Shown here: piece by piece, positions 40,513 to 49,628 of the stretch | How the letters are laid out: every line of letters begins with the position of its first letter | Numbering within the stretch: position 1 is the first letter of the stretch | Notes under the pieces: model-generated | What the model saw: the letters and a program-made list of their open reading frames with translations, nothing else | Told to the model about the DNA's origin: nothing | Databases searched by the model: none | Position numbers and translations under genes: made by a program | Assembly (NCBI GenBank): GCA_964428655.1 | Contig: CAYRYE010000001.1 | Span: 218,258 to 282,257, forward strand | Length of the DNA: 64,000 nucleotides | From: an uncultured Gammaproteobacteria bacterium | Lineage (GTDB): Bacteria > Patescibacteriota > Microgenomatia > UBA12405 > JAHJSD01 | Direction: 5' to 3'

Positions 40513-40531
40513 ATATACCACTTTGGTATAT
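40513..40531. repeat. Perfect 8-bp AT-rich hairpin (ATATACCA-CTT-TGGTATAT) in the 39723/40551 intergenic region
   Basis: Seen in the sequence. Confidence 0.4.
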
Positions 40532-40577
40532 TAACTGTGTTCCTTGAGGGTTGGTATTTTTGGTAAAATCAATACAC

Positions 40578-41660
40578 ATGCCAAAGAAAAAAGTTTTAAA
40601 TACTACTCCACTAGATTTTGTGGTTATTGGAAGTGGTCAAGTAGTTGATAAATATTGGCTTCGTTCTCATGTGGACAGGAGTGTCAATATTACAGATATA
40701 GTGAGTCTAGAACCTGAAAAAACTTTTAGACAGCGTAACACAAATTTTGTTGGAAGATACTATCATTCGTCATCAGTTGATGATACTTTTGCAGTTCTTG
40801 TCAAGCTAGGAGAGAAAGAAGGCGATCTTAATATTGCCAACGTTGCCACTTCTAATATTCGTTTGGATTTAACACAAAGAATTCTCTGGAATCCTTGTTT
40901 TGGAAACACTCGGGTATTTGTTGAAAAGCCATTCGCATCAAACCGTCAAGATTTGGACACATTTGCTGACCTTATTAAAGAACATTCTTCTCGCTTACAC
41001 TTCTCGGGAAAATATTCAAACGGAAGAGCAAACATACTTTATCCTTGTTTACCTGAGGGCAAGTTTCCAACAAAAATTAAAGGTAGATTGATTGAAGGAG
41101 CAGAATATTTTCGTGTCATCAAAAAGAGAGAAGAACGCGAAGGAGGTCATCCGTACTTAAATGATGGGCCTGAACTGGATTTGGGGTTTCACTTGCTCGA
41201 TATTATAGGTATAGCTTTTCAAAAATTTGGGGGAATTAGAAGGCTTAGATTGAAGAAAGTGTATGACTTATGTCAACGAAGAGAAGAGTTTGAACCAAAC
41301 TATGGATTCGGGTCGGAAATGGAGGCATATACACTCCTTGGAGATACTATCCTTCTTGATTTGCAAGCAGGGAAAGCTAACACATTAAATGAGCGATTTA
41401 TTGAATTTTACTATAAGGAGGCTGTGTATGGTCAGGAATATACCGTTGGAGACTCGATTGATCCAGTTTATAGAGTGGAAAATGGGGAAAAAACAACAAT
41501 TGCTCAACATGAGACAGGATATAATTATTATGCCCAAGAGCTAAGCTCGGCTGTTTTTTGTAAACAAACCACTGGTCAACAGCTGGCAAGCTTATCCAAT
41601 ATAGGTATTAGTTTGGATATTAGAAAAAGACGACTAAGTTTGTCTCATAAGGATTCTTAG
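40578..41660 (+). CDS. Gfo/Idh/MocA-like NAD(P)-dependent oxidoreductase (tentative)
   Basis: N-terminal Rossmann VVIGSGQV; EKP motif (VFVEKPFA). Confidence 0.5.
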   Translation: MPKKKVLNTTPLDFVVIGSGQVVDKYWLRSHVDRSVNITDIVSLEPEKTFRQRNTNFVGRYYHSSSVDDTFAVLVKLGEKEGDLNIANVATSNIRLDLTQRILWNPCFGNTRVFVEKPFASNRQDLDTFADLIKEHSSRLHFSGKYSNGRANILYPCLPEGKFPTKIKGRLIEGAEYFRVIKKREEREGGHPYLNDGPELDLGFHLLDIIGIAFQKFGGIRRLRLKKVYDLCQRREEFEPNYGFGSEMEAYTLLGDTILLDLQAGKANTLNERFIEFYYKEAVYGQEYTVGDSIDPVYRVENGEKTTIAQHETGYNYYAQELSSAVFCKQTTGQQLASLSNIGISLDIRKRRLSLSHKDS

Positions 41661-41788
41661 TTTTTCGGAGATGTGCCGAGTAAACTCGAAATGATTCTTA
41701 CTCCCAGAAAGACATTTACTAGGGAAGTATCATCGATCTTAAAACGAACCAAGTCTGCAAGGAAAGAAAAAAGGGGCGGAGAGAAAAG

Positions 41789-43081
41789 CTAAATTCTCAT
41801 GGTAAATAAGAAAATTTCCCTAGAGACAGTTTGCCCCGGGCGGTAATAAATGATTGAGTTTCGATTAGTTGTTTGCAAGCCCAAGATGGTAGAGTTAATT
41901 TTTTTCACGGGCAGGAAATTTTTATTCTGAAAACCTATTTTTTTAATGTCGTTTAAAATTTCTAGATAAAAGAATTGGTCTTTATAACGAATTACCGGAA
42001 AAATAATTGCGATTACCCCATTGGCCTTAAGTATTTTTTTAAATTCCTTGAAGGCTTGAATATAAAGATTTTCGATTTCCTTAATTTCTTTTTTAATCAA
42101 ATTAAGTGGGGTGAATTTTAATTTCGGTGATCCCAAATAGGGTTCGCTAATAATGGCATCTATCTTCCGTGAGAAGATCCTCGAGCTTATTTGTCGGACA
42201 TCACAATTTATAAATTCAATATGATGGTTTTCTTTTTTTAAAAAATGATAATTTTTAAACAACCATTCTAAGTTAGTTTTAGTATTAGAAATAGCGTTGT
42301 TATCAATATCTGCACCAATAATTTTTTTATACCCAAGTAAGATAAGTTCTTGCAAAAAAGTGCCACTTCCACAAAAAGGGTCGAGGAAAACTGAGTCTTT
42401 TTCTTTTCGAGTAAGGTTAATCATTATTTTGGCTACCTTTAAAGGAATCATGCCGGCGCGGGAATCTCTTTTTGGTCTTCCATAATCCCTAAAGCTGTAG
42501 CTTTTATAGTCTTGGACAGTTAAAGTTTTTCCTAAATACACCCAATGTTGTCCAACGCAAATTATAAATTCAAATCCCCGTTTTAAAAGGGAGTTCCTGT
42601 CGACAGAAACGGTCGAAAGAATTCTTTCTTTGGGGTATAAAAACCAGGAAGTTACTCCGGAGGATTCTAGTTGGTCTTTTAGTTTTTTGCAAACTTTAAG
42701 CGCTAGAGACCGAATTTTGTTCAATTCCTTAAGTTTTGTTCCGGAATGATAGAGACTGAGGCCAAAAGCAATACGTTTCTCTTTTGGGGGCAGAAAAAAA
42801 TCTTTAAATTTTTTCTTAGTTATTTCTTTGGCAAAACTTTCCAAAAAACTATCGAGTGGAACAGAAGTAAAAATCTTAATGAGCTTGGCGGTACTCCCGA
42901 AATCATTTATTGAGATATATTTTTCAATCTCTTTTGGACTTTCAATAATCAATGTTTCTTGGGAGGCCTCTATTACCTTAAACGGAATCTTTTTGAAACT
43001 TAGCACATTTAAAATTTCTACTTTACAAAGGGTATGGTTTGTTCCAAGAACAAAGCAATATAAAAACGAGGCAGTATTCAT
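41789..43081 (-). CDS. THUMP-domain class I SAM-dependent RNA methyltransferase (RlmL/Trm14-like)
   Basis: Motif I DPFCGSGT; N-terminal THUMP-like region; UPF0020-type architecture. Confidence 0.6.
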   Translation of the reverse strand: MNTASFLYCFVLGTNHTLCKVEILNVLSFKKIPFKVIEASQETLIIESPKEIEKYISINDFGSTAKLIKIFTSVPLDSFLESFAKEITKKKFKDFFLPPKEKRIAFGLSLYHSGTKLKELNKIRSLALKVCKKLKDQLESSGVTSWFLYPKERILSTVSVDRNSLLKRGFEFIICVGQHWVYLGKTLTVQDYKSYSFRDYGRPKRDSRAGMIPLKVAKIMINLTRKEKDSVFLDPFCGSGTFLQELILLGYKKIIGADIDNNAISNTKTNLEWLFKNYHFLKKENHHIEFINCDVRQISSRIFSRKIDAIISEPYLGSPKLKFTPLNLIKKEIKEIENLYIQAFKEFKKILKANGVIAIIFPVIRYKDQFFYLEILNDIKKIGFQNKNFLPVKKINSTILGLQTTNRNSIIYYRPGQTVSREIFLFTMRI

Positions 43082-43102
43082 AATGGCATTTTAACTTAAT
43101 GA

Positions 43103-43342
43103 GTGTCTTTGGGCAATTTTGATTTTCTTCAGGGCGTTGAGGCAGCTCATGTTAAAATAGCTCATAATGTCTCTTTCTGTTGGGACTGGAGCCTGGCTAA
43201 CCCACATTTAGAATTTAGGCTTGGCTTTGTTATGCCAAGCCCTCGGAAAATTAGAATTATTACTGAGAGAGATGAATTGGGGAGAATTATAAAAGCCAAA
43301 GTGCCAGAGCTAAAGGAGTATGATGAAAAAATTTCAATTTAG
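43103..43342 (+). CDS. Hypothetical protein (79 aa)
   Basis: ORF only. Confidence 0.35.
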   Translation: MSLGNFDFLQGVEAAHVKIAHNVSFCWDWSLANPHLEFRLGFVMPSPRKIRIITERDELGRIIKAKVPELKEYDEKISI

Positions 43343-43428
43343 TAAAGCAGATTGGATTAAAGAAAAAAAATTGGATAAAAAAGAAATTGTGTTCCTAGAC
43401 ACCTTGCAAAAAAATATCTCGAGATACA

Positions 43429-43788
43429 ATGTTGGAAGTTTATAGGAGATGGAAGGGTAAATGTGCTTTTTGTGGAGTATCTGGAACGATTGAACAACAT
43501 CATATAGTTCCTAAGAGCAAGGACCCTTCATTGATAGATGACCCAGATAATTTAGTTCTCCTTTGTAGTAATCATCACACTTTGACACGGAAAGTGAATC
43601 CAGATGGTAAATCTGTTATTTCTTTTCGTGAGATTCAAAATGTTGCAAATTCAAAATATGTGAGTTCAAATAAATTCGGAGTTTATTTTGATGTTCCGCA
43701 GAACAAACGGGTGATATTAGGCGGGAACTCTTGTATAGATTATCCCTACATTTTAGTGGTGAACAATAAACCGTTGGTTGAATTATAG
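43429..43788 (+). CDS. HNH endonuclease (stand-alone)
   Basis: CAFCG...HHIVPKS...NLVLLCSNHH (HNH/His-Me finger). Confidence 0.8.
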   Translation: MLEVYRRWKGKCAFCGVSGTIEQHHIVPKSKDPSLIDDPDNLVLLCSNHHTLTRKVNPDGKSVISFREIQNVANSKYVSSNKFGVYFDVPQNKRVILGGNSCIDYPYILVVNNKPLVEL

Positions 43789-43830
43789 TCTAAAAGACCT
43801 GTCCATTATACAAAGAAATTAGGCTTTTTT

Positions 43831-44172
43831 GTGACGATGCGTTTTTTTGACGAAGAAAATAATTTCTTGGGAGGAATGTTTGATAACCATTGGGCCTATG
43901 TAATAGGGGAAGATTGGAAGATAAATGTTGAGCCGAATAAAATCGAAATAAGACATAAAGAGAAAAATCTATTTGTGAAAATAGAGAAGAAAGAAAGTTT
44001 GTATATCGCTGGAGCTTTTTACTTTGATGGTATTCGAGTTGAAGCTAGAAATGATGCCCTTGTTCTCCCTAAAAACAACAAGATGATAGGAAATACACTT
44101 GTTGGTTATGCTTTTTCTGTGTTTGGAGATAAACGTAATTCTGGCTTTGCTATCGGAGGAATAAAATTATGA
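43831..44172 (+). CDS. Hypothetical protein (113 aa) immediately downstream of the HNH nuclease
   Basis: ORF only. Confidence 0.4.
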   Translation: MTMRFFDEENNFLGGMFDNHWAYVIGEDWKINVEPNKIEIRHKEKNLFVKIEKKESLYIAGAFYFDGIRVEARNDALVLPKNNKMIGNTLVGYAFSVFGDKRNSGFAIGGIKL

Positions 44173-44386
44173 AAGGAAAAGCCTGAAATGAGTTTGAGTT
44201 GTGGGATAGTGAGAGTGGGAATCGACTTTTTGAAAATAGGCGCAAGCAGGCTGGAGTTCCTCTGTTTTTGCATATCAAAATGCCACCCCCAAGAAAATAT
44301 CCTCAAATTCTAAAAAGAGATAAAAATGGAAGAATAACTGCTTCGAGATTTCCCCCACTAAGTGTTAAAATACATTCATAAGTCAG

Positions 44387-45508
44387 ATGAAAAATATAAT
44401 TTTGAAGAGATATCCCAGAAATAAAGAGAAGTTTGTTAAATTAATTGAGTTTTTCAAAACAATTCTGGATATTTGCGAAGAATTAAACATTAATCCGGTA
44501 ATTAATGGCAGTCTGGCTGTTTTTGCCTATACAAAGAATAAAGGCATGACTGTTAATGATATTGACCTATCAATTTCAGAAGCAGAATACCCCAAAATAA
44601 TGAGCGCATTAGAGGAAAAAGGTATTAAATACAAGTTAAGAGAACGGCATGTTCTAGAGGCTCTAAAAGACGATTTGAGAATTGGATTTGGTTCATCCGA
44701 GCGGTGGTCCAAAGGCTTACCTACAAATTATGAAACTTTACAAATCGACAATTACAAAATTAAAATGCTCAGTCGTGCTGGGTTGATTAAACAATATAAA
44801 AATGCAATGGGAGATAGGAAGAAAAAGTCCTATGAGGATGCTCGTGAAGGAACAAAATATCTGTCCCTTAAAGAAAAATACGGTGTTGTTAAGCCGAACA
44901 AAAAACAAGATCGGATTACCTCTAAGAAGGTAGCCAAGGACCCATTATTAATAGCTAGCACCCATTTCCTAAGGAACGGAGAAAGAGTATTTTTCCGTCC
45001 TCTTGTCAAGAGTGATGCCAGTGCTTTCGGTGAATTTCTAAAAAACTTACAAGAAAAAACAAGAACAAGGTTTGGTCCCCATCCATTGACAGTAGGTGAG
45101 GCTAAAAAAATTTGCAACAGTTTAAATTATTCAGAAATAGTACGGATGATTTTAATCAATATGAATCAAGAAATTATTGGGTATATGATACTTTCATTTC
45201 TGCTTCGGGAAAGCCAGATTGAACGCTACAAGAAATACAGGATTTCGTTAGTTAACCATAAAGATGCTTGTATAGCTCCTGTTGTTACTGATGATTGTCA
45301 AAATAAAGGCACTGGGAGTTTAATGCTGGATGAGACTATAAAAATTGCCCGATCCTTGGGGATTAGACTTCTTGTTTTGTGGCAAGGAGTCCAAGCTAGC
45401 AATGATCGAGGGATACATTATTATGAGAAGTTTGGTTTTAAAAAGAATGGAGAGTTCGATAGATACGGCACTCATAATATTGATATGACATTAAAAATGT
45501 TAAAATAG
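44387..45508 (+). CDS. Two-domain protein: N-terminal LinB/ANT(2'')-like nucleotidyltransferase fused to a C-terminal GNAT acetyltransferase
   Basis: N-terminus GSLAV...VNDIDLSI (minimal NTase G[SG] ... DxD); C-terminus QNKGTGS...YEKFGF (GNAT motifs A/B). Confidence 0.55.
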   Translation: MKNIILKRYPRNKEKFVKLIEFFKTILDICEELNINPVINGSLAVFAYTKNKGMTVNDIDLSISEAEYPKIMSALEEKGIKYKLRERHVLEALKDDLRIGFGSSERWSKGLPTNYETLQIDNYKIKMLSRAGLIKQYKNAMGDRKKKSYEDAREGTKYLSLKEKYGVVKPNKKQDRITSKKVAKDPLLIASTHFLRNGERVFFRPLVKSDASAFGEFLKNLQEKTRTRFGPHPLTVGEAKKICNSLNYSEIVRMILINMNQEIIGYMILSFLLRESQIERYKKYRISLVNHKDACIAPVVTDDCQNKGTGSLMLDETIKIARSLGIRLLVLWQGVQASNDRGIHYYEKFGFKKNGEFDRYGTHNIDMTLKMLK

Positions 45509-45515
45509 CTTCACT

Positions 45516-46571
45516 ATGTCACAGCTTCAAATCGGGATTGTTGGTTTGCCAAATGCGGGCAAGTCGACTTTGTTTAATGCTTTGTTGGGACGGCAGGTAG
45601 CAAAAGTTGAAAGCTACCCTTTTTGTACAATTGAGCCTAATACTGGAGTAGTTGAAGTTCCTGATGAGAGACTGGAGAGAATTGTTAATTTAGTTAAACC
45701 CCGGAAAACTCTCCCCGCCCCGATTAAGTTTGTTGATATTGCCGGTTTGGTTAAAGGGGCTTATAAGGGTCTGGGTTTGGGTAACAAATTTTTGGCCCAC
45801 ATTCGTGAGTGTGACGCGATTTTATATCTTCTTCGTGATTTTAGTGGTTCGGTTGCGAAAGCCGGTTCAGTCAGTCCCGGAGTTGATTTGGAAGTGTTGA
45901 AAACAGAGCTGGCTTTAAAAGATTTAGAAACCCTAACCAGGATAAGTGAAGAAAAAACTAATACTAAAGAGAAAAAATCAAGAAAATCAGTGGCGGAAAA
46001 ATTAGCCGCCAAGTTAGAAAAGAGTGTGTTGGCAAAAGATGTAAATTTAAGCAAAGAGGAAAAAGAAATCGCTAGACAATTCTTTCTTTTGACTATGAAG
46101 CCTTTTTTGGTGGTCATTAATGTGAGTGAATCGGTTGATTTTGAAAAAAGGAAAAAGCAGTTTGTTGATTTAAAAGCGATTATCGCCTCAGCCCAATTTG
46201 AAGCGGATTTAAATGAACTTTCAGGGGAAGAAAAAAAAGAGTTTTTATCAAGCCAGAGTTTTACCTCTGCTTTAGATCAAGTGATTGTGGCCGCTTATAA
46301 AATTCTGGGGTTAATTACTTTTTATACTATTAAGGGGGGTAGAGAAACTAGAGCTTGGCCAATTAAGAAGGGTTCAACAGCCATTGAAGCAGCCGGATTA
46401 GTTCACACTGACTTTGTCAAAAAATTTATCCGAACCGAAGTAGTTTCCTTCAACGACTTTGTTAAGTTTAGTGGCTGGGAGGGAGTTAAAACTAAAGGAA
46501 AATTAAGAACTGAGGGGCGAGATTATAAGGTGGCCGATGGCAATATTATTGAATTTAAAACTGGACGATGA
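45516..46571 (+). CDS. ychF: Ribosome-binding ATPase YchF (Obg family, TGS domain)
   Basis: [18 protein letters not shown]; C-terminal TGS. Confidence 0.92.
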   Translation: MSQLQIGIVGLPNAGKSTLFNALLGRQVAKVESYPFCTIEPNTGVVEVPDERLERIVNLVKPRKTLPAPIKFVDIAGLVKGAYKGLGLGNKFLAHIRECDAILYLLRDFSGSVAKAGSVSPGVDLEVLKTELALKDLETLTRISEEKTNTKEKKSRKSVAEKLAAKLEKSVLAKDVNLSKEEKEIARQFFLLTMKPFLVVINVSESVDFEKRKKQFVDLKAIIASAQFEADLNELSGEEKKEFLSSQSFTSALDQVIVAAYKILGLITFYTIKGGRETRAWPIKKGSTAIEAAGLVHTDFVKKFIRTEVVSFNDFVKFSGWEGVKTKGKLRTEGRDYKVADGNIIEFKTGR

Positions 46572-47530
46572 ATAAGGTTCTGGTTGTTTGCGGGCCGACA
46601 GCGGTGGGGAAAACTTCGGTAGCTGTTTCTTTAGCTGGAAAATTGAACGGCGAGATTGTCTCAGCCGATTCCCGTCAAGCCTATAAAGGCTTGGATGTTG
46701 GCACCGGTAAGGATATTCCAAAAAATTCTAAATTCCATATTTTAAATTCTAAATTCTCAAATTTTAATATTGGGTACTGCGAGATTAGCAAGGTTCCTGT
46801 TTGGCTTCTAGATGTTGTTTTGCCAAAATATCAATTCAATGTTGCTGATTGGTTAAAGTGTGCCAATGTAGTCATTAAAGACATTTGGAAAAGAGGAAAA
46901 CTGCCAATTGTGGTTGGCGGCACAGGATTTTATATCAAAGCCTTAGTTGATGGTATTGGTTCATTAGGAATTAGGCCTGATAAAAAACTGCGCCGGAAAT
47001 TAGAAGAGTTGTCAATTGAGCAGTTACAAAATAAATTAAAAAAATTAGCTTTAGGGGTTTGGAAGAAAATGAATTCTTCTGATCGAGCCAATATGCGGCG
47101 CTTAATTAGAAAAATAGAAATCTCTTTGTCCGGAAATATTGAGAAGGCAAAACCTATGAAGGCAGATTACTTAATGATTGGTTTGTCAGCCCCTAGGAGG
47201 ATTATTTATCAGAGAATTGACCAAAGAGTTAAACAGAGGTTAGCCAAAGGATTAATTGAAGAAATAAAGGATCTTCTGAAACAGGGGGTATCTTGGGAAG
47301 ATCCGGGAATGGACACTTTAGCTTATAAAGAATTCCGGGACTATTTTGCTACTAAGAAGGGACTTTCACAAGCCATAGAGCGGTGGCGGTTTGATGAGCA
47401 TCGTTATGCTCGACGCCAATTAACCTGGTTTAAAAAAGATCAAAGAATTGAATGGTTTGATATTACTATTGATAACTGGCAAAATAGAATGGAAAGATTA
47501 ATTATTAAATGGTATAGTCGGAAAAGATAA
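46568..47530 (+). CDS. miaA: tRNA dimethylallyltransferase
   Basis: GPTAVGKT P-loop; SADSRQ.Y motif. Confidence 0.9.
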   Translation: MNKVLVVCGPTAVGKTSVAVSLAGKLNGEIVSADSRQAYKGLDVGTGKDIPKNSKFHILNSKFSNFNIGYCEISKVPVWLLDVVLPKYQFNVADWLKCANVVIKDIWKRGKLPIVVGGTGFYIKALVDGIGSLGIRPDKKLRRKLEELSIEQLQNKLKKLALGVWKKMNSSDRANMRRLIRKIEISLSGNIEKAKPMKADYLMIGLSAPRRIIYQRIDQRVKQRLAKGLIEEIKDLLKQGVSWEDPGMDTLAYKEFRDYFATKKGLSQAIERWRFDEHRYARRQLTWFKKDQRIEWFDITIDNWQNRMERLIIKWYSRKR

Positions 47531-48522
47531 TGGAAAAGGTTAAGAAGATTGAAATCTCTCATAGAACAATAGTCTTCTCTGTTTTATTTCTCGTCGCTAT
47601 TTGGTTTCTCTATCAAATAAGGGAAATTTTGTTAGCCCTTTTTATTTCCATAATCCTAATGGGAGCTATTAATCCTACCGTTGATCGTTTGGAGAGGTGG
47701 CGCTTGCCTCGTTGGCTGGCAATCCTTTTGATTTATCTTGTTTTATTGAGTTTAATAATTACTGCCATTGCTGGTTTGATTCCTCCCTTAGTTGATCAAA
47801 CCAGTCGATTGGTACAGGTAGTAATTGACCTTTCTGACAGACTTTCCTTTTTGGGACTCTCTTCGGAGAAAATAAGATTACAAATTCAAGAGCTGGGAGC
47901 GTTACCAACTCAGATATTAAAACTGGCAGTTTCGATATTCTCTAATATTATTGCTATCTTTGCCATTTTAGTAATCACTTTTTATTTGCTTCTGGAGCAT
48001 AAAAACTTGGATAGATATCTTTTCTTTCTTTTTGGTCAGAAGCGTAGAGAAAGAGCTAAAAGAGTAGTCGGCAAGCTGGAAAAAAAGCTTGGCGGCTGGG
48101 TCAGGGCAGAGTTACTTTTGATGACAATTATTGGTTTGCTTTCATACATTGGTTTTCGCTTGCTGGATCTCCAATTTGCTTTGCCTCTGGCGATCTTGGC
48201 CGGACTGTTGGAAGTCGTTCCCAATATTGGTCCTACTTTATCAGCGGTGCCAGCTGTTGCCATAGGATTGTTAGAATCATCTCTGATTGGTCTTTTAGTT
48301 TTGGCCTGGACTTTTATTATTCAACAATTGGAAAACAATTTGATTGTTCCTAAGCTAATGCAGAAAACCGTTGGGGTCAATCCTTTGATCACAATTTTGA
48401 CATTAGCGGTTGGTTTTAAACTAGCGGGGGTAATGGGGGCTGTTCTGGCAATTCCAGTTTATCTGGCAATTGAAGTAGTTGTTTCAGAGTTTATCTCTTT
48501 AAAAAAAGCCAAAGGCCAATAA
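47530..48522 (+). CDS. AI-2E family transporter (PerM/YhhT-like membrane protein)
   Basis: About 8 TM helices; AI-2E/UPF0118 architecture. Confidence 0.75.
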   Translation: MEKVKKIEISHRTIVFSVLFLVAIWFLYQIREILLALFISIILMGAINPTVDRLERWRLPRWLAILLIYLVLLSLIITAIAGLIPPLVDQTSRLVQVVIDLSDRLSFLGLSSEKIRLQIQELGALPTQILKLAVSIFSNIIAIFAILVITFYLLLEHKNLDRYLFFLFGQKRRERAKRVVGKLEKKLGGWVRAELLLMTIIGLLSYIGFRLLDLQFALPLAILAGLLEVVPNIGPTLSAVPAVAIGLLESSLIGLLVLAWTFIIQQLENNLIVPKLMQKTVGVNPLITILTLAVGFKLAGVMGAVLAIPVYLAIEVVVSEFISLKKAKGQ

Positions 48523-48540
48523 GCCAGATTCTGTTTTTTC

Positions 48541-48725
48541 CGATATGTTTTATGTATCGGAACTGGATTCATCTATCTATGCTCTCCACCTGGTGTTAAT
48601 GAGGGAGGCTTCTCAACACCGATTTGAGATTGCTCAAAGGAGGGTTGCCTCGTTTCACCCCCGATATGTTTTATGTATCGGGACTCGTCTCTGTGGCCCT
48701 ATCTCGTCCCCCGATATTTCGGGGA
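48541..48725. repeat. Cluster of short perfect hairpins: two copies of CCGATA-TGTTTTATG-TATCGG (48541-48561, 48662-48682) and CCCCGA-TATT-TCGGGG (48710-48725)
   Basis: Seen directly in the sequence, in a 360-bp non-coding stretch. Confidence 0.7.
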
Positions 48726-48885
48726 AGTTCTAACTTGCGTTAGAACACTTTGCCTCCGCGAGTCTGGACTTTCCTGATCGAAATTTCGACCCGAATCCTT
48801 AGCCTTTAACCAGATATATTATACCATGGAATGCAGGAAAAAGCCCCTCATGCGTAAAAGAGAGGCTTTTTCAAGTTAACGAGCT

Positions 48886-49032
48886 TATTTTTTTGCGGAA
48901 ACAAATTTAAACATTGTTGTTCCACAATCGGGACATTTAGCTTTTACATAAGGCCGCCCATTTTTGGCAACACCTTCTTCGTAATCATCAACGTCCTTTT
49001 TAGCACGACACTTTACACAGTAGAAAACCATT
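48886..49032 (-). CDS. Small zinc-ribbon protein (48 aa, CxxC...CxxC); not in the ORF track
   Basis: Hand-translated as MVFYCVKCRAKKDVDDYEEGVAKNGRPYVKAKCPDCGTTMFKFVSAKK; GGAGGTG SD 7 nt upstream. Confidence 0.6.
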
Positions 49033-49178
49033 TTTTCTTCTTCACCTCCCTTCTCCTTAGGCAGGAGAATTTAACGATCGAACCAATATAACACAGCCCA
49101 GGTATGGATTGCAAGTAATTCCTGTTTCTTTCTATCCTGTTGACATTAATTGTTTAAAGAAGATAAAATTGAACCAGA

Positions 49179-49628
49179 GTGAAAGTAGAATTTGTTTTGG
49201 TTGGCTTGACCTTGTGGAACTTGATTATTAGCTGGTTTGTTTGGCGGGCAGTAAGTCATTATCGACACTTGACCAAAGGAGTTAGTAAGAGTAATCTGGA
49301 AAAAGTTCTAGAATCAATCCTGAAAAATGGACAGTTGACAAAACAAGGCGTAAAAACCCTGAAGAAAAGAATTGAAGATTTGAGTATTGATAGTGAATTT
49401 CACTTTCAAAAAGTTGGCTTAGTTAAATTCAATCCTTTTTCTGAACTTGGCGGCAATCAAAGTTTTTCTTTGGCAATTTTGAATGGTGCTGACAAAGGAT
49501 TAGTGATAACCAGTCTCCATGGTCGCCAGACAACTAGGGTTTATACTAAATTAATTAACGGTAAAAACGAAGTGAGGCTTTCTGAGGAAGAAGTGAAAGC
49601 AGTAAAAAAAGCCAAAAAGGGAAAGTAA
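49179..49628 (+). CDS. DUF4446-like membrane-anchored protein
   Basis: N-terminal TM; VKFNPFSELGGNQSFSLAILNGADKGLVITSL motif as I recall it for DUF4446. Confidence 0.5.
   Translation: MKVEFVLVGLTLWNLIISWFVWRAVSHYRHLTKGVSKSNLEKVLESILKNGQLTKQGVKTLKKRIEDLSIDSEFHFQKVGLVKFNPFSELGGNQSFSLAILNGADKGLVITSLHGRQTTRVYTKLINGKNEVRLSEEEVKAVKKAKKGK

Noticed and set aside
44199-44381. 60-aa ORF between the 113-aa gene and the NTase-GNAT gene
   Set aside because: No SD, Pro/Arg-rich, very short. Probably intergenic.
48545-48733. 62-aa ORF in the hairpin region, and a tmRNA hypothesis for this locus
   Set aside because: No SD; the ORF spans the repeated hairpins. On the minus strand there was a superficial resemblance to a tmRNA 5' end (GGAUUCGGGUCGAAA), but no tRNA-like T-arm or CCA 3' end could be found, and no credible tag reading frame.
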